Shown here one piece after another: positions 41,695-53,558 of a DNA stretch of 64,000 bases. The translations under genes and the position numbers were made by a program. The notes under the pieces are model-generated. The model saw nothing but the letters and a program-made list of their open reading frames with translations, was not told the origin of the DNA and did not search any database. Each line of letters begins with the position of its first letter. Position 1 is the stretch's first letter. Source of the stretch: Lingula anatina (lineage: Eukaryota; Animalia; Brachiopoda); NCBI GenBank assembly GCA_051362555.1, contig CM120646.1, positions 14,198,001-14,262,000 of the forward strand. Direction: 5' to 3'.

Positions 41695-43140
41695 TCAGAA
41701 ACGCGTTTCTGCAGTGACAGCATTTTCCTGATTTCTCTCACGTCCGTTTTCATTTCTTGTAGCAGCTGGGTCTGGGATAACTTGCGACTGACTAATACTC
41801 CCACGGCTGCTTCCAAAATTCGATTCGAACCTCCCGCGGCCGGCATTACGTCTGAGCATTCGAAGGAATTCGTTTCGGAATCTCCTTCCGCTAACACAGT
41901 AGAGTAAGAAGTTAATCGTGTGGTTCGAATAGTTGAGCATCAAAACGATCGTCGAAGTTAATCGCTGTGTTGCTTTCTGGCGTGAACTGTTAATGTGTTG
42001 GTATGGTTCTATGATAAGGTTGATAAAACTCGGCGTCGCCAAGATCAAAAAAATAATGGTCACAACAAATAACATCACTGTGATGGATCTAGATGCGAAA
42101 GCATGCTGGTTACTGTTAACGCCCCTCTTTTGTCTCACTATGTTGGAACCATGACGAGATAGTCTTTCTGTCTCACGATTTTGTTCATGGGCTGTCGAGT
42201 TATGTGTCGCTGAGTTGTGGTCATCTGCTTTGTTGTCCATTTGGGTTGGTCTTGAATGGCGCCTAAAATGTCCCCTTCTAGGCGACTCAACAATCCTTGC
42301 AGGTTGCGATCCTGAAGTTGTATCATCTGTCACTTCCAGTGGGTGATTGTTGTTATTGAAGGAATTTACACTAAGGGGCGAAGTGGATGGGGGATCATTA
42401 TTGTTTTGGTAATAGGCCGAATTGCGAGTAGAGCGAAGTTGGAATCGCGTCGATCTCCGCAGTGAACGAACAATCAATATATTTAGAACAATCATGACAG
42501 CGAACGGGCCGGCGGCGTACACACAAAAAGTTATCCACGGGTAGATAAACTTCCAAAAATTATGATGGTCGGAATCGCAATAATGGTTGCAATGGCGTTC
42601 ACCCGTTAATGCGTTAACGTTTATGTCAACGGTAAACAGCACGTGTGCGTTCTTAGCAAAAACGCATCCGACGATCACCGCTAACGCAATTCGAGCTCTT
42701 TTGGTTGAGCACAGTCTGTAGGATTGTAAAATATGGCATGTTGAAATGTACCGCCCTACTGTTAATCCAACGAGCAGCCAAGTTGACATATCCAGGAAGA
42801 AGTACAAAGTAAACCGATGTAGTTTACACACAGCAGCATGCGCTTCTCGTATATCGAAATTACCATACACTCTGATCATGTGACGAGATAGTCCCAGCCA
42901 AAGTGCAAAGGTGTCGGTCACGGCTAACGCTCGTAAAAAGAAACCTATCCACGTCCTCCGCATGAAGGGGCGTCGTAAAACCAGATAAGACATGATGTTG
43001 CCAAGTGTGCCGATTATCAGCAAAATCGGTGGCACAGTCTTGTTAAGCCACGTACTTATCTGATACTGCAGCTCCTCTGTGGCATCAAAAGTCGCATTGT
43101 TTTGCCAAAGATAGCATTCAGCGATATCACTTGAGTTCAT
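41695..43140 (-). CDS. Rhodopsin-class orphan GPCR, 481 aa, single coding exon, paralogue of 12245-13537
   Basis: TM1 GTLGN, shared RRPFxRxTW loop, TM2 LAVTD, CKLHRF, GRY at the DRY position, YAAGPF in TM5, TM7 NHTINFLLYCVSG. Long Asn/His/Ser-rich third intracellular loop. Probable 5'UTR splice acceptor at 43204. Confidence 0.93.
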   Translation of the reverse strand: MNSSDIAECYLWQNNATFDATEELQYQISTWLNKTVPPILLIIGTLGNIMSYLVLRRPFMRRTWIGFFLRALAVTDTFALWLGLSRHMIRVYGNFDIREAHAAVCKLHRFTLYFFLDMSTWLLVGLTVGRYISTCHILQSYRLCSTKRARIALAVIVGCVFAKNAHVLFTVDINVNALTGERHCNHYCDSDHHNFWKFIYPWITFCVYAAGPFAVMIVLNILIVRSLRRSTRFQLRSTRNSAYYQNNNDPPSTSPLSVNSFNNNNHPLEVTDDTTSGSQPARIVESPRRGHFRRHSRPTQMDNKADDHNSATHNSTAHEQNRETERLSRHGSNIVRQKRGVNSNQHAFASRSITVMLFVVTIIFLILATPSFINLIIEPYQHINSSRQKATQRLTSTIVLMLNYSNHTINFLLYCVSGRRFRNEFLRMLRRNAGRGRFESNFGSSRGSISQSQVIPDPAATRNENGRERNQENAVTAETRF

Positions 43141-43278
43141 TGCGAGAACCTGTCTTCATTAACTTTTTCACACTTTTTTCCAGGATCCTTAATGTTCTTT
43201 GAACTGGAAAAAAGAAAATATGATGTAATTTATGTGACCGAAAAAGAACGTGTCAGTACTGCCAAATAGAAGAGAACT

Positions 43279-43579
43279 CAGGGGCGGATCCAGGATTATT
43301 TGAAGAGGGGGGGGGGGGGGGGGGGGGGCGCAGATGCACAGCAGACCCTTCTCTGCCCCCCCCCCCCCCCCCTCCACACACACACACACACTTGGGGTGA
43401 GGTTCAGGACCCGCTGAAGGGCCCCGGAAATTTTGGTATTTTAGAGAGCAAACGGTGGCATTTGGTACGGTTTAAAACTATAATTTGGTAGTAAAAATTC
43501 TAATTTTAAGAGGAGACCAGAAATCGAGGGGGGGGGGGGGGGTCAGGACCCCCCTGACCCCCCTCTAAATCCACCACTG
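43279..43579. mobile_element. Non-autonomous DNA transposon (CAGGGGCGGATCCAG type)
   Basis: TIRs CAGGGGCGGATCCAG / CTAAATCCACCACTG, internal G/C runs, 5-bp flanking duplication GAACT. Confidence 0.8.
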
Positions 43580-45599
43580 GAACTAACATTTAATTATCTC
43601 GATTTCCATCACAGATTTAAAGACGCGCTGGCCCAAATAAAACATTGATAGACTTATGACAATAAAGATAACAAAATGCAATGTACACATATAGGCAGAT
43701 TTATAAAGACAGTCTACAGCCACCTACCACTGAAATATAGCGTTTATGCAAATCCAGTTGGGCAGACTATCCCTAAAAGGATGGAGAAGACACGTGCTTA
43801 ATTAATATACTTATTGGTTCACATTCCACCTTTACTGAACATATCCGAAAAACAAAAACTCACGTATAGTACTGGATGTGCGAAACTGTGTTAATATCCA
43901 AGACAACTGAACAGGTAGCCAGCCTACATGTAACGTCAAACCTCGTGTACTTCTTTCCGTGGGCTTCTACACACAAACACTATTTAACTCACCTGTTGCA
44001 CAAGATCGCTGGCGTTGCTCCGACTCCTCGCGTAGACTTATGTACTTCTCCTCCTACCAAGTTACGCCGTCTAATACATCTTGCTGATAAGGCTTTTTAT
44101 CACCCTTAAAAAAACGAGTAAAAAATCGAGCATCCGGCTCTTAGCAGTCCCCTCTGTATAAGCATTGGTTATAAATCATATGAGGGGACCATGTAGCTTG
44201 TTTGCATTGCTGATTCACGCGATCACGGTACCAGGTAAGGTGTCATTATTCTTGAGCTTTCAAAACCTTATCTAATCAGTTTTTGTATTAGTTTACTAAG
44301 CATAAAGTCTTCTATGAAAGAAACAAAAGAATGTCCTAACTTCTTCCTGGTTGGGCTTTGTACCTCGGGTCGAAGAGGACTCGCAACTTGCAAAACATGT
44401 ACCCGTATTTTTCTGCGTGGATTATAATTAGTGTTTTAACATTTGTAAGACAAGACATGTAGCGCATTTAGACAAAAAAGCACGTCGAGGATGACAGGAG
44501 TTGTCACGTGGCCTAAGGGATATCTTGTACCTTGTTGGGACCAGGTTTTGGTTGCTAAAACATGATATCGAGTTGAAAGAGCTTAGAGTTGACGTTCCGC
44601 GTTACATTGTCTCCATGATAAAAAAATTCCATGTTAACTTTTCACTACTTTTGAAGCCCTTATCTTATAAAATGTTTGGGTTGATGTTGATAATGTTATA
44701 TAAGCGGGCATTTTTTGTGGGTATAATAATGATAAAGTTTTATTGCATCCAGGGAAATCTAATTAATTCTACTTATTCTATGACGCTTCTACACATTCAA
44801 GGTCTCTATCTTATGCATGCTGTATCGAGTTACGATCTGTTTGTGATTAAATATTATTAATTACGTTTTGTATTGTTACTTACATGTATGTTTATGCTGA
44901 AAATGACCATTTTAATATTAAAGAAAGAATATTTTCAACCTAAAATGGTGTGAACCGAGGGCGAAAAACTCCGGCGTTTGCAATTTACTTCCAACTATCA
45001 ATAATGTTATCTAATCCCAACAGAAGATTTTGTTATTAGAAAAATTATTTCCATGTTTTAAGTACGGCAACACTACAGATTTCACGACTTTCATTTTTGA
45101 CCACCTGATAACTATCTTTAATTCCCAATACATTATACGAATATATTTCCAGGTACAAATGCTTGTAACGTGCTGCCACCGAGCGAGCGGGACTGTAACT
45201 ATAATATATATGCACTTAGGGAAGGGCATTCAACACCTGATTCTGACAGCCAGGAGTATCCTATGTTGGCAAACTTTCAAAACTGCAAATGACAAGAGAA
45301 ATTAGTCAAACTATATATCTTTACGGAAAGGAAATGAATTGCTAAGTGTTTTTTTTAACTTGTAGTGATATATAATAATTTTTATGTTCGTGATATTAAG
45401 TTTTCGTATTTCCTTGTAGCGGTACGAAGCGCGTTTTGAATAACGATTAAGCATTACCATATGTGCTCTTATTTTTATCCTCATTACTCTCTCTCTCTCT
45501 CTCTCTCTCTCTACTTAACATTTGAGATTCATAATCCGACTCTTTAAATTTGAACTAGATGAAGGATCGAGAGGGAATTACAGCACGTGCGTTGCCCCC

Positions 45600-45630
<31 letters not shown>

Positions 45631-46062
45631 ACACACTTAGGCTTGAAGTGCCCCTTTCTGCAGTAAGAACCGATTCCTGACAAGACACCCATTCCGGTCC
45701 CCATTTAAATTTAACACGGTTGCCTGTCGTTCAAGACGGTGGTGATGTAGATATGAAGAGCTCAACTTTTCAAAGCCATTAAATTGTTGAATTTACCTCT
45801 GATATCGTGACAAAGCTTGTTGTATATCCAAAAATAGGCAAAACGAGAAATATACCGTCACAAAACTACTAATTCACATCATCAGCATTTTAAAGAAATT
45901 AAATATTATACAGTGTATATATTTGAAGGCACCGCATTCCGGCAGTCATTGTTGCAACCTGGTTTTCAAAACATTCCACAATCATTTTGATTTATCGTTA
46001 ATTCCTGGATATTTGTACACGACAAGTACAGCAGATGTGAAGATTTGTATCTCAGGCATGTT

Positions 46063-46069
46063 TATAAAA
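46063..46069 (+). promoter_or_regulatory. Candidate TATA box of the defensin-like peptide gene
   Basis: TATAAAA ~90 nt upstream of the ATG at 46158. Confidence 0.55.
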
Positions 46070-46157
46070 GAAAACTAAAGGACAATGTGCGTGTAAAAGT
46101 ACCGTGGCGACGGTTAAGGACACTGCGCTTGCACTTCGTCGCATTTGCCATTGGAAC

Positions 46158-47038
46158 ATGTTACGAACCTTTACTTTAGTTGTTCTGCTTTTATTGCTTA
46201 CTGCCGTGATGTCAGGTAAAAAGTATGGTAATTTCGCTTAGAAACTAATCAAGTTGGAACTTAAAAATGCTAACGTAAACTTTAAGAACGAGAAAAACTG
46301 TTTTACGAACGATTTGTGTTGCCAGTCTTACATGTAGTAGGTAAAATGAAACGGTATCTATTTTACCTTTTACAGTATCTCACGCCTGTGATGACGGCTG
46401 GTGCAGTAAGTATATAACGCCACTTAAATTAAAAATTTTAAAATTTAAATTTTTAAATTGAAGTTGGGGGAACATTCTAGATTTTCAAAGCAACAAACTG
46501 TAATCTTTTAGCTGTTTTCTCAATTTTCCAGCAAATGATACTAGATTGAGAGATGATAAAATAATAATAAACAAACTAAAAACAAAAGAAAGAGAGAGAG
46601 AGGAGAGAAAGACGATGAGATGGATCAAATTGTTCCGTTCAGATGCAATTTTGCAATCTGTAAAAGACGTAGGCCTACATGTAACTGTGGGTGTAGCCTG
46701 ACATTCTGTTTCATTTCACGTGGACATAAAGTTGATAAACCTCTTCGATAATAATGGTGCCTACTACACATTGACTGAACCTGAGTCTTTTGCAACCTAC
46801 TTTTAAGACCGGATTTCTTTGTTTTTGTGTTATTATATAGCTTCGTTTATACTACACACAAACTTCATCCTGACATCAACTGTCCATTAACATATTTTCC
46901 TGTGCTGTATTTCCAGGTGCATGCAATTCTCAAGGTGGTCATTGTAGAAGTTCACGATGTCCGGTATGGCAAATAACAGTCGCACAGCTTGGATCTTGTT
47001 GGTGCTGTAAAAATCGATCAATTAGAGTTGGAGGTTGA
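46158..47038 (+). CDS. Secreted 8-Cys beta-defensin-like peptide, 69-aa precursor, 3 coding exons (46158-46215, 46376-46405, 46917-47038)
   Basis: Spliced product MLRTFTLVVLLLLLTAVMSVSHA-CDDGWCSACNSQGGHCRSSRCPVWQITVAQLGSCWCCKNRSIRVGG*. Two phase-1 GT-AG introns, probable 3'UTR intron 47065-47260, AATAAA at 47369-47374. Not present in the ORF track. Confidence 0.82.
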
Positions 47039-49250
47039 TGTGAAATTAAATGAAATTAAAGCAGGTGAGATAGAGAGAGAGAGAGAGAGAGAGAGTAATG
47101 TTTTAATGATCTCTTTGACGCCAATCTACAGTCACTTTACAGTCACGTACAACACCGCGACTTTGTGCTCAAATTTATTTTTCATCAGCCCTCTAGTTAT
47201 GATATAGCGATGAGCATTTCTAACTAGGATTTATTTATATTAATTTGTTTTCTGTTTCAGGCTTCAACTGAACTCTTCACACTTGACGTCTAAACAGCGT
47301 GACGATGTTGCCATTCATGTGTTTTGGTCTATATTCCAGCATTTGGAAATGTGTGAAGGTTTAGTGAAAATAAACGAAACGCCTGCCATCAAATTTGGTG
47401 TTATTGCGTTTGCCAGTATTCTACATTTATGTCGGGAGGATTTTTTTTATCTTTGTCCTTGATATCGTGTTGAACTCTCATTTCTCATTTTTAAATTAAA
47501 TAAACATGTTGTTATGACCAAATAAGGTTACACTTACAAAAACTTTGAAAATAATTTCCTTACTACTTAAGTTAATTTTTCTTTGTCTCTCCTTAAGAGT
47601 TGCTTTGCATTGCTAACACTTTCTTCAAGAGCGAGTCTTTTTCATATTCATTTCCCTTTTTCTTTCTTGTTTTACCTTTTGTATGAAATAGATTTATTTT
47701 GACCCATGGTTTAACTAAGCAGTCGCTAGCAGAACATGAGCATGAAGTAGATCCGAAGTCAAAATTGCACCCCACTCCGTATACTCCAAATGTGGGGTGA
47801 ATGCATCAAAAACATTTTTACTTAGCTTCCTATGGCATTATATTGACTAAATCGATATCGTTATCATGCAGCGCCTCTGATTTTGTGGTTTATTTTTTTA
47901 GCAAACTAAATCCACGTTGCAGCCGGGACTTTTGACACATACACCAGTACGGGCAATGTTTTGGACTAGCATTGCCGCAAAACTTCCCTATTATCTAATT
48001 AAATGCTACAGTAAGCTTGCGGGCACGGCATTAAGCGAACATGGCATTAAGAGTAGTAATGCGAAGGTTGCGACGCATTATGCAGTCATTGTTCAGTGTA
48101 AGTATCCATCTATACTGGGTATTTCTGTTAACTAAACCCTAAATCGTTTGTTATATTGATTTTTGGGGCGGATATCTGTTCTCCCCTCTGTTGCCAAGGC
48201 CACAAATACATCCGGTTGAGCAGCAACGGTCCATGATAAGTCTCCTGATACAGTTTCACGACCACAACGTTTTTCACCAAAGGTAAGTACATATAGTTCA
48301 TTCATTTGACTTTCATACGCATATCCAAGTAGGGTCATAGACTGAGAAAATGGTCGGAGGCAAGGTACTCCTCTTCATGAATGCTGACTGATATTAATTC
48401 TAAAAGATATTTCTGAAGTTCTGTGAGGAAGATATAGGATAAAATGTCAAAAAGGTTCCCCCCAAAAGTTTTTCCCAAATTGTCTTGGGTTCCATCCCCA
48501 CCCTAGATCCCCACCCCTAAAACCTACAGGGGGACATTGCACGTATGTACTCTCCGTCTCTCTCGCAAAGGAGACAGAAGAACAGTTTTTTCGTTACAAA
48601 GCATTTTGGCAGCATAATCAAAACAGCATAATCAAAACAATTTTAAGCTTACAGTACGCAGCCAAAGCTGTTTCTCAGAAAAAATAGATTTAAATGGAAT
48701 ATGAATCAAAGTTTTTATCTCTTATACAGTGTAGGACTAAATATTATGTTCTTTGTACTGCTTGATATGTTTTATGTATTGTAGTTTAATTGTGTAGCCA
48801 ATATAGACGTTGCGTCAAAAATTATCCTTTATTAAAAATGCTGTTGCGTCAATCCAGCGTCTATATAAACATATTTTTTTAAACAGCACTGTTTTTATGC
48901 ATCAACCAATACGCACTCACAGAAATCCAATAAATAACTTCATCTGGCATGTGAATTCAAGTTGCTGCGAAATTGCACACATAATAGAAATATTGTATAT
49001 TTCCGAGAGTAAACGGACTTCGACCTTTTGTGATACGTTGAGTAACAATAGATTCCGCGTGGTCAAAAGCATGAGGATAGATTTTTCTGCATATCGACAA
49101 AAATAGCATCGTGGGGGATGAGGAATTATATTACACGCGAGGCTTTAAATGAATGTAATGGATACGTGACAAAGGATCTTTAAAGGCTCTCTGTCGAAGA
49201 ATAAAGAAAGTGCATTTAAAGACGGACATGATTTTAAAACTTGTCTACTT

Positions 49251-49281
<31 letters not shown>

Positions 49282-49808
49282 GGGGGGGGGGGGGCAAAAT
49301 GAGAAAAAAAGAGAAGCTGTGATGTCTTATTTACTCCACGTAGTGCCAAATGACGTTTTTATAATCAGCTATATTTTATCAATGTCATTGAATTCTTATT
49401 AGTGTATGATTGGTACATTCATGCTGTTGACAAACGTACATTTTCGATGTAAGAAACCATTACTTGCATCCATAAACATTTTTGTTCGTGTCGGTCACGT
49501 AATAATAGATAATGGAAATGCGTTTACTTTAACCATCGATTTTCTCCTGGTAAACTTTACTTCCACTATAGCCCTTTGATGTAAATGAAAGTGGATTTTG
49601 AATACACACAACTACAGGGCATTTAGATTATGTGATAAAAGACACTTGGTAACTAGCATTATTGATGTAAATGTTGTCGTAAAGTGATGGCTACTGGTCT
49701 TGCATTGGGAAAATTGTCGAAGATAAAAAAATCCATTCACGGATAAAGAGATTATCGTGAATGAATGTAGCAGAATTTTTACATTTAATCTATTCATTTT
49801 GCAGCAAC

Positions 49809-51074
49809 ATGTCACGTAAGGAGAAACAGCAATCTACGCAAGACGAAGGAGCGATGATAAAATGCGAACAACTGGAAGAAATAATCCCAAAAGTACCGAT
49901 ATTGCGTCTTCCTGCCAAAACACACATTTCCAATGTCATTTTATCCTCCAATCCATGGGAAAGGCGAGAATTGGAGAAAAAATTACAGCATATGTGCACT
50001 GAACGCTTTCGGAAAATCCACGCGCTCCAATGGCATCAAAGGAAGTTCTTTTTGACGAAGTACTTTGAAGAGACTAATAATATTGGACGTCTACAGAAAG
50101 CTTTATGCGACAATATTCAACCTGCCAGCTCTCCAATAAAGTCTCAACTCCGATTTTCCGCCACAAAACGCGACTTAACATTTGTTTCTGACCCTGGCGT
50201 TAATATATTTTGTGGTCAAGTTGGTCACGCTGAACAACCGCTCCAAAGGAACCAAAATGTCAGTGCTGTTGCTTCTGGAACACAACAAACGCTCCCCATT
50301 GGTAATGGCGTAGGGAAGAAACCCCAACATTTCACGGAGTCGCTAAATTCGCACACGGGAAGTACATGCGGGAGTGTTTGTGAGGCACCAAGAGCTATGG
50401 TCATGGCTAAAGACGAGCTCGGAGATGCCAGGGAAAGCAATGGTAATGACGGCATGCTCTGTCTCATGGAACGAAGTCAGGAACCTTTTTCTAAGGACAC
50501 TATCAGTGACTTGACACCCACAGACCAAATTATACATGCCAAACCGCATGCAAACAACTTACAAGTTGACGCCAACGCGTATGACATGTCCCTTCCTCCA
50601 TTGATTGCTCAACCACATCGCTCTCTCACCACAGTTGACATTGCCACCAATACTGAAACTCAACCAGCGGCTCCGAACCGACAGCTAACTCTGCCTGCAC
50701 TACGCCTTACTCCTCCACAGCACCAAGGAGAGAGACCGGTTACTCAGGAAAACAAAACTCTTGGGAACTTAGACGGCCATAAGCCTAACTCCAACCGTGG
50801 GGGACAATTATACACGCGCACCAATGTGTTAAAAGATTTGGTGAGGACGTTGCCGTTTTCTATGCAAGCCAAGGCAGAGGAATTGTCTAGCAGGCGGTTA
50901 AAGGAGAAGAAGATGAAACTTTTAGATAGGGCAAAGATGCTCTCTAGAAGGAGCCTGTTCGAAGATCCAAGATGGCGGCGTTTACATGACACATTGCAGG
51001 AACTGAACGGGAGTAAGGACGATGACGTGATGAGTACAGCGTCTGAGAATGACACATCACTGAGCTGTGATTGA
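49809..51074 (+). CDS. Uncharacterised intracellular protein (~421 aa) with predicted helical N- and C-terminal segments and a disordered middle
   Basis: 1.3-kb ORF in AT-rich DNA. A polypyrimidine tract and CAG acceptor at 49804 precede ATG 49809, making it a better start than 49761. Motifs SNPWERRELEKKL and LFEDPRWRRL. No signal peptide. Confidence 0.7.
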   Translation: MSRKEKQQSTQDEGAMIKCEQLEEIIPKVPILRLPAKTHISNVILSSNPWERRELEKKLQHMCTERFRKIHALQWHQRKFFLTKYFEETNNIGRLQKALCDNIQPASSPIKSQLRFSATKRDLTFVSDPGVNIFCGQVGHAEQPLQRNQNVSAVASGTQQTLPIGNGVGKKPQHFTESLNSHTGSTCGSVCEAPRAMVMAKDELGDARESNGNDGMLCLMERSQEPFSKDTISDLTPTDQIIHAKPHANNLQVDANAYDMSLPPLIAQPHRSLTTVDIATNTETQPAAPNRQLTLPALRLTPPQHQGERPVTQENKTLGNLDGHKPNSNRGGQLYTRTNVLKDLVRTLPFSMQAKAEELSSRRLKEKKMKLLDRAKMLSRRSLFEDPRWRRLHDTLQELNGSKDDDVMSTASENDTSLSCD

Positions 51075-51482
51075 ATTGGCTGCACAGTGACAAATTATAT
51101 CCTCTGATGTCATTGTGGTCTCGTTTATCATCATGTGCCTGTTGGCAGTTTGAGTATGTCACCCAGAACTTCTTGAAATTCAGGGAGGTTTAAAGGTTTA
51201 AACTAAACTTGTGCTCGAAATGGAGCATATTTTAGATGGTTTGACCTGACGATGTTAGGGTTCGAACTTTAGGTCTTCACCTCAATGTCGCAAAGAGAAA
51301 CCCCGTAACACACGATAAACTTGGAAATTATAATCCGTGCCTCCTTTCTCTCTACTTGCCTCCTTAAAAGCTTCTTTTCCCGTCCGTCTTTTAAATACAC
51401 AGGATGATGGAATAGCCATGCAACTTGAATTTACAGGACTTGTAAGAGCGTTGATTAAAAAATCAAACAGCTTAATAAGATT

Positions 51483-51689
51483 GATAATAATCATGATAAC
51501 TGATTATAAGTATTAGGAACACTGTCAGAATATCTGGCATAATGTAGCATAACATGACATAACATGGCTTTGAAACACTAAGACGATAATAATCATGATA
51601 ACTGATTATAAGTATTAGGAACACTGTCAGAATATCTGGCATAATGTAGCATAACATGACATAACATGGCTTTGAAACACTAAGACGAT
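51483..51689. repeat. Perfect 102-bp tandem duplication
   Basis: 51483-51584 is repeated at 51585-51686, with GAT microhomology at the junctions. Confidence 0.92.
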
Positions 51690-53558
51690 TAGGTGGAATT
51701 TATTGGAAAAGCCGAGTTTATTTCTGCGGCTCTAACAACATGCAAATCATGAACATAAAATAATTTTGAAAACGTGTAAACCGTATCTATGTATTGCATT
51801 ATGCTCTGAATTTAGACCCGTGTATATTGGAGCCAAGTGTACAAAAACCATACGCACGACCTATTAATTTTCAATTATAATCAAGAACAATTAAATACGA
51901 GAATTCCAACTGAAGTACCTAATATTATATTATATGTGCGTTTCTCGTGTCACTACAAATAGACATGCATCAATAATTTTCATCGATTACGTGACAATCT
52001 CACAGAAACCAGCGCATGATGTTTGCTTTATTACGGACATATGCTCTAATCCATTTTGAATAATCTGAATAATTGTTCAGCTTACTCTATATAGATCGAT
52101 GGCGTGTATGTTTCAAACACCTAGTTTTTGTTAGTTTGTTGAGTACAATTCATTAATAAAGGCAAGACTCAAAAGCACCATTTTCATGTTGCATTCGTTA
52201 TGGGTTGTCAAACCGACGACTGAGAACGGTTCAGTAGTGTCGTGATTGACATTCGTTTTGTCATCATTGTCATTCCAAACATTATTCCCCACGGAGGACA
52301 TGTCAAAGTCATGTCTGGGCATCTTGCGTAATATTATACAGCTCAGATGTTGCTGATAATGGTGGATTGCTTGGATAAACGACGAAGCAAACATTCTGTC
52401 AATGCGGTGTCGTAGTTGTGAAATTCACAGCTAAAACATTTCAAATTTTAGTCAAGTCATAGTCATGACTGTATTTCATCTAAGGTTTAACTCCGATATA
52501 CAGGGTCTACCAACACTTTCCTGAACGAAAAGCAACCATTCCTTTCGTCTTATTCAGCAAGATTAAGATTTAGCGTTTTTGGTATATCGGAATTTTTAGA
52601 GTCTATGTCAAACGGTTACATGTGTAATCATTGTCCACTACTTAATGGAACTCACAAAGAAAACCATTCTCATGAAGACCGTCGAAATAAGACGGTAGAT
52701 TGATAAAGTAACGTGTATTACATACGGTTATGACGCGGCATGCAACGGATAGCCATTGCCCTACAACGTATGCAAACTGTAATTTGCAGTGCTGCGGCAC
52801 TCGTCACTAAATGAAATAAAAATGTAAGAAACGTCTACTGTTCTGACAGAAAGGGAAGGACTTACACTTTTCAAATATAAAAAATCGTTTTTAGAAACTT
52901 CTGGGAGGGAAACTGACTTCCGTTTCCAGCAGCGTACGGCCCTGCTAAGTACTGATGCCGTACTTTTAACTATCTTAAATACCAGTTTTATGATGGTCTA
53001 TAGGTACTAGTAGTTGATGCTTGCCCTGTTTAAGCTTGACATTTATAACGGTAAACACAATTAAGCACAATTACCAATCGGTTGTTATCAAAACCTCCGG
53101 CGTTTTATTGTTTTTTATTCATAATATATTTCTTCATTTATTTTTTGCGTGGTCAAAACCCGCCCATCAAATAAAACGTCTTTCGATAACTCTATCAAAG
53201 AGTTTAAACATCTTCTGTCCTTAAGAGAAAACGGTTCTAATTTGAAATTCGCAAAATTGTGGAATCATACCTATGATGCAATTTCTTGGTTATAGTGTCT
53301 TTCCAGAACTAACTTTAACCCATTTAGTATTCACAGAAAAGAAATTACCAGTAACTCTTCTTCTCGGTAAACTACGCTATGCTATAAAAGCCTCAGAAAA
53401 AGACTCGAACACAGGTCATAAGCTTTCTGTAGAATAATTTTAATTATGAAAGCCCGTGATAAGCATCCTGTCCTTAGGCGCATTGTCTTTCTTTAGAGGG
53501 TCAGGGGTGTGGAGATTTGCGAGTAGCGATCTCATGGTTGGTTCAACAAGCGCTCCTT

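Noticed and set aside
49761-49808. ORF-track start codon for the 437-aa ORF
   Set aside because: The segment looks like an intron 3' end (T-rich tract + CAG); ATG 49809 is preferred
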